This document shows positions 61,788 through 64,000 of a stretch of 64,000 bases of DNA, in pieces. Every line of letters begins with the position of its first letter. Positions within the stretch are counted from its first letter, which is position 1. The notes below the pieces were generated by a model. That model searched no databases. It saw only the letters and a list, made by a program, of their open reading frames with translations, and was not told the origin of the DNA. The translations under genes and the position numbers were made by a program. Source of the DNA: Raja brachyura (Eukaryota); the NCBI GenBank assembly GCA_963514005.1, contig OY740792.1, positions 16,678,001-16,742,000 of the forward strand. The letters are read 5' to 3'.

Positions 61788-63079
61788 GTAGGTTGAGTGA
61801 AATCCTTGATGGAAAGTACCTTGTCGAACCTGATTATTTAATCACCATGTGGTTGCTTGAAATTCTCTTCTTTCCCCATAAAAAAGATACTTTACACAGT
61901 GTCTTTTAGTTCCCTTTTAGGCTATACCATGTTGCACGATTTAAATACGTGGCTTTGAAATGTTGTTATTGTAATGTTGGAAGTACATCAGCAAATTTAC
62001 ACAAAGCAAGCAGCTATAATCATCAATAATCAAATAATCTGTGCTTTATTAATATCAAACAAGGACCAAACATCAAACAGTCTTGAGTGTTGCTTGATCA
62101 CAACTACAGAGAACTACCGAACAAAATAGCGCATCAGCCATGAAAGTTATTGTAAATGAGTTGTCTTCAGGACAATCTTCAATTCTTTGCCAGCAGTTGC
62201 TGTCATCTTTTTGCAAGGAACATTTTCTCAGTAATAAGCTGATTCATGCCAATGATCCAATATAATGACTGATTGAAGGGTTTTTAGTTAGGGGAAACAT
62301 TTGCTTTTATTTTAACCACTAGAAGTTCAGAAGGTGCATTTGTTAAGTAGATGCAGATAAATCGCCATCCACAGTTCCACTGAATATAGTAGTAATCTGA
62401 TATGTCATCTCACAGAACATTCCCATCAGTTCCATTATTCTTAATTGCTGTAAACTATTCTGCATCAAATGCCCATCATCTTTCTGTGATTTCAATTGTA
62501 AGAATTACATTGTTCAGTCCTGGTACATTTGGTAATGTAACACACTCTGGATTCTTCAGTCTTGATCCAACTGCCATTACCTTGCGCTGAGGGACTATTT
62601 ACGGCAGAAAATTAACCTACCAGCATGTTTTTGGAATGTAGGAAGAAATCAGGAGATTGGGAGGCAATCCATGCAAACTATGGCAATGACTAATTACAGC
62701 AATAAAACTAAATTTACTGTTTGCCCACCTTGATGCATGCTACATCTGCCTGCTAACTCTCATTGGTTTTATATACGAACACCTCAGTCTTTTGGAACAT
62801 CAACCTTTCCCATTCCCTCACTACTTAGACAATGCTAACATTTTTACTTATCTGTTTTGTGTACCTGAGTGTTGCAGACTTTCTGACCTAATCAGTCGAT
62901 ATTGCAGGTGACACCTTATTTGACTATTAGTGTCTTCTCCACCAGAAGTGCAAACCTCTCAGGATGAAGCAAGAGGCACACTATTTGCAGTGTGGCTGAA
63001 ACTCTAATAATAGTGGTGCTGCAAGGACCCATGCAGCATCCAGTGGGCAAATCTCAGTACACTTGTCGCCCCCTTGACT

Positions 63080-63625
63080 GAAAATGTTGAGATGCTATTT
63101 CCCTGGCTGCGGAATCATTAACCAGAAATCACAGTGTCTGGATAAAGGGAAGAAATCTCTTTACTCGCAAGGTTCAGAGTGTTTCTGCGAGACCTGAGGC
63201 ACGGCCTTTGAGTAAATCAAAATCAACATGCTTTGAGTACTGTGCACTAAAGGGGATATTTGAAAAAAAAACATGGGAAAGGGAAATTGATGTGGAGGAT
63301 CAGCCATGGCGGAGGAGGTGAGAATAAGGGATCCCAGTATTAGAAAAGTGAGAGAATTTTAGGGCTGATATGAGGAGAAATTTCTTCTGCACTTGATGGA
63401 TGGGAAACCTTTTGAAATTCTCCAGCTTGGAGAACTGTAAAGGCTCAATCAATGAATTTGTTCAAAACAGCATTGAATAACGTTTCTGGTTGTTAAGGGA
63501 ATTGAGGGATAATGGGAAAGTGTAGGGCAATCGTGCTAAGGTAAGAGATCAGCTATGATTGTGATGAATGGCAGAACAGGCTTGAAGGGCCAGATGGCCT
63601 ACTCTGCTCTTCTATATCTTGTGTT
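63080..63625 (+). mobile_element. Two adjacent degenerate CR1 3' fragments
   Basis: Decayed TRGH/FR.DMRRNFF segments and GATCAGC.ATG..GAATGGC tails. Confidence 0.55.
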
Positions 63626-64000
63626 ATGCGTAGGTTTTGTATCTGACCTGAAGCAGATTGGAAGCCTGCAGAAATATTATTCAATTTCCAAGAAAATAAT
63701 TTCAGTTTGTCAGAGCTTTCCATTTCTAGGTATTGATAATATCTGCTATCTCCCACAACTCAGGGAGTTGTCAAAGCATCACTGGCCCTTCAAATAAACA
63801 GCAGCAGCCAACTACTTAAACCATGGAGGGAATTTGAAATGCATCAAGTGTTAAAAGAAAAACAAGTTTCATTACATTTCTCATATGTAGTTAAAGAAGA
63901 GTTGGTTCTCCTTTTTCAAGCAAAGTTTAGTTTATTTCTTCATGGGCTAGTATAAAACCAAATAAGTTAGACACTGAGATGACTAGGTCTAATTTGCACA

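Noticed and set aside
61788-64000. CPOX exons 6-7
   Set aside because: No YVEFNL/DRGT-coding segment found; the gene presumably continues beyond the window

Overview
Vertebrate genomic DNA. The HE1-like SINEs and the CR1, Rex1 and Penelope remnants point to a cartilaginous fish, probably a skate or ray (inferred). Host genes are the first five coding exons of coproporphyrinogen-III oxidase (CPOX, + strand, 51594-61787, remaining exons beyond the window) and a probable signal-peptide first exon of an unidentified, divergently oriented gene (- strand, 42849-42957). The rest is intronic or intergenic and transposon-rich. It holds a full-length DIRS1-type tyrosine-recombinase retrotransposon (5294-10647) and a full-length decayed CGGBP-like hAT transposon with TIRs and an 8-bp TSD (30668-32847). 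There is also an internally deleted Gypsy element inside an array of ZNF143-type motifs upstream of CPOX, clusters of non-autonomous Helitrons and a Harbinger remnant. Many LINE/SINE fragments and Penelope-derived repeats with hammerhead-like cores are scattered throughout. The most notable observation is a set of splice signals in the DIRS element predicting that gag, pol and the recombinase are made by alternative splicing, with the recombinase borrowing the pol start codon. All family assignments come from motif recognition by eye; no searches were run.
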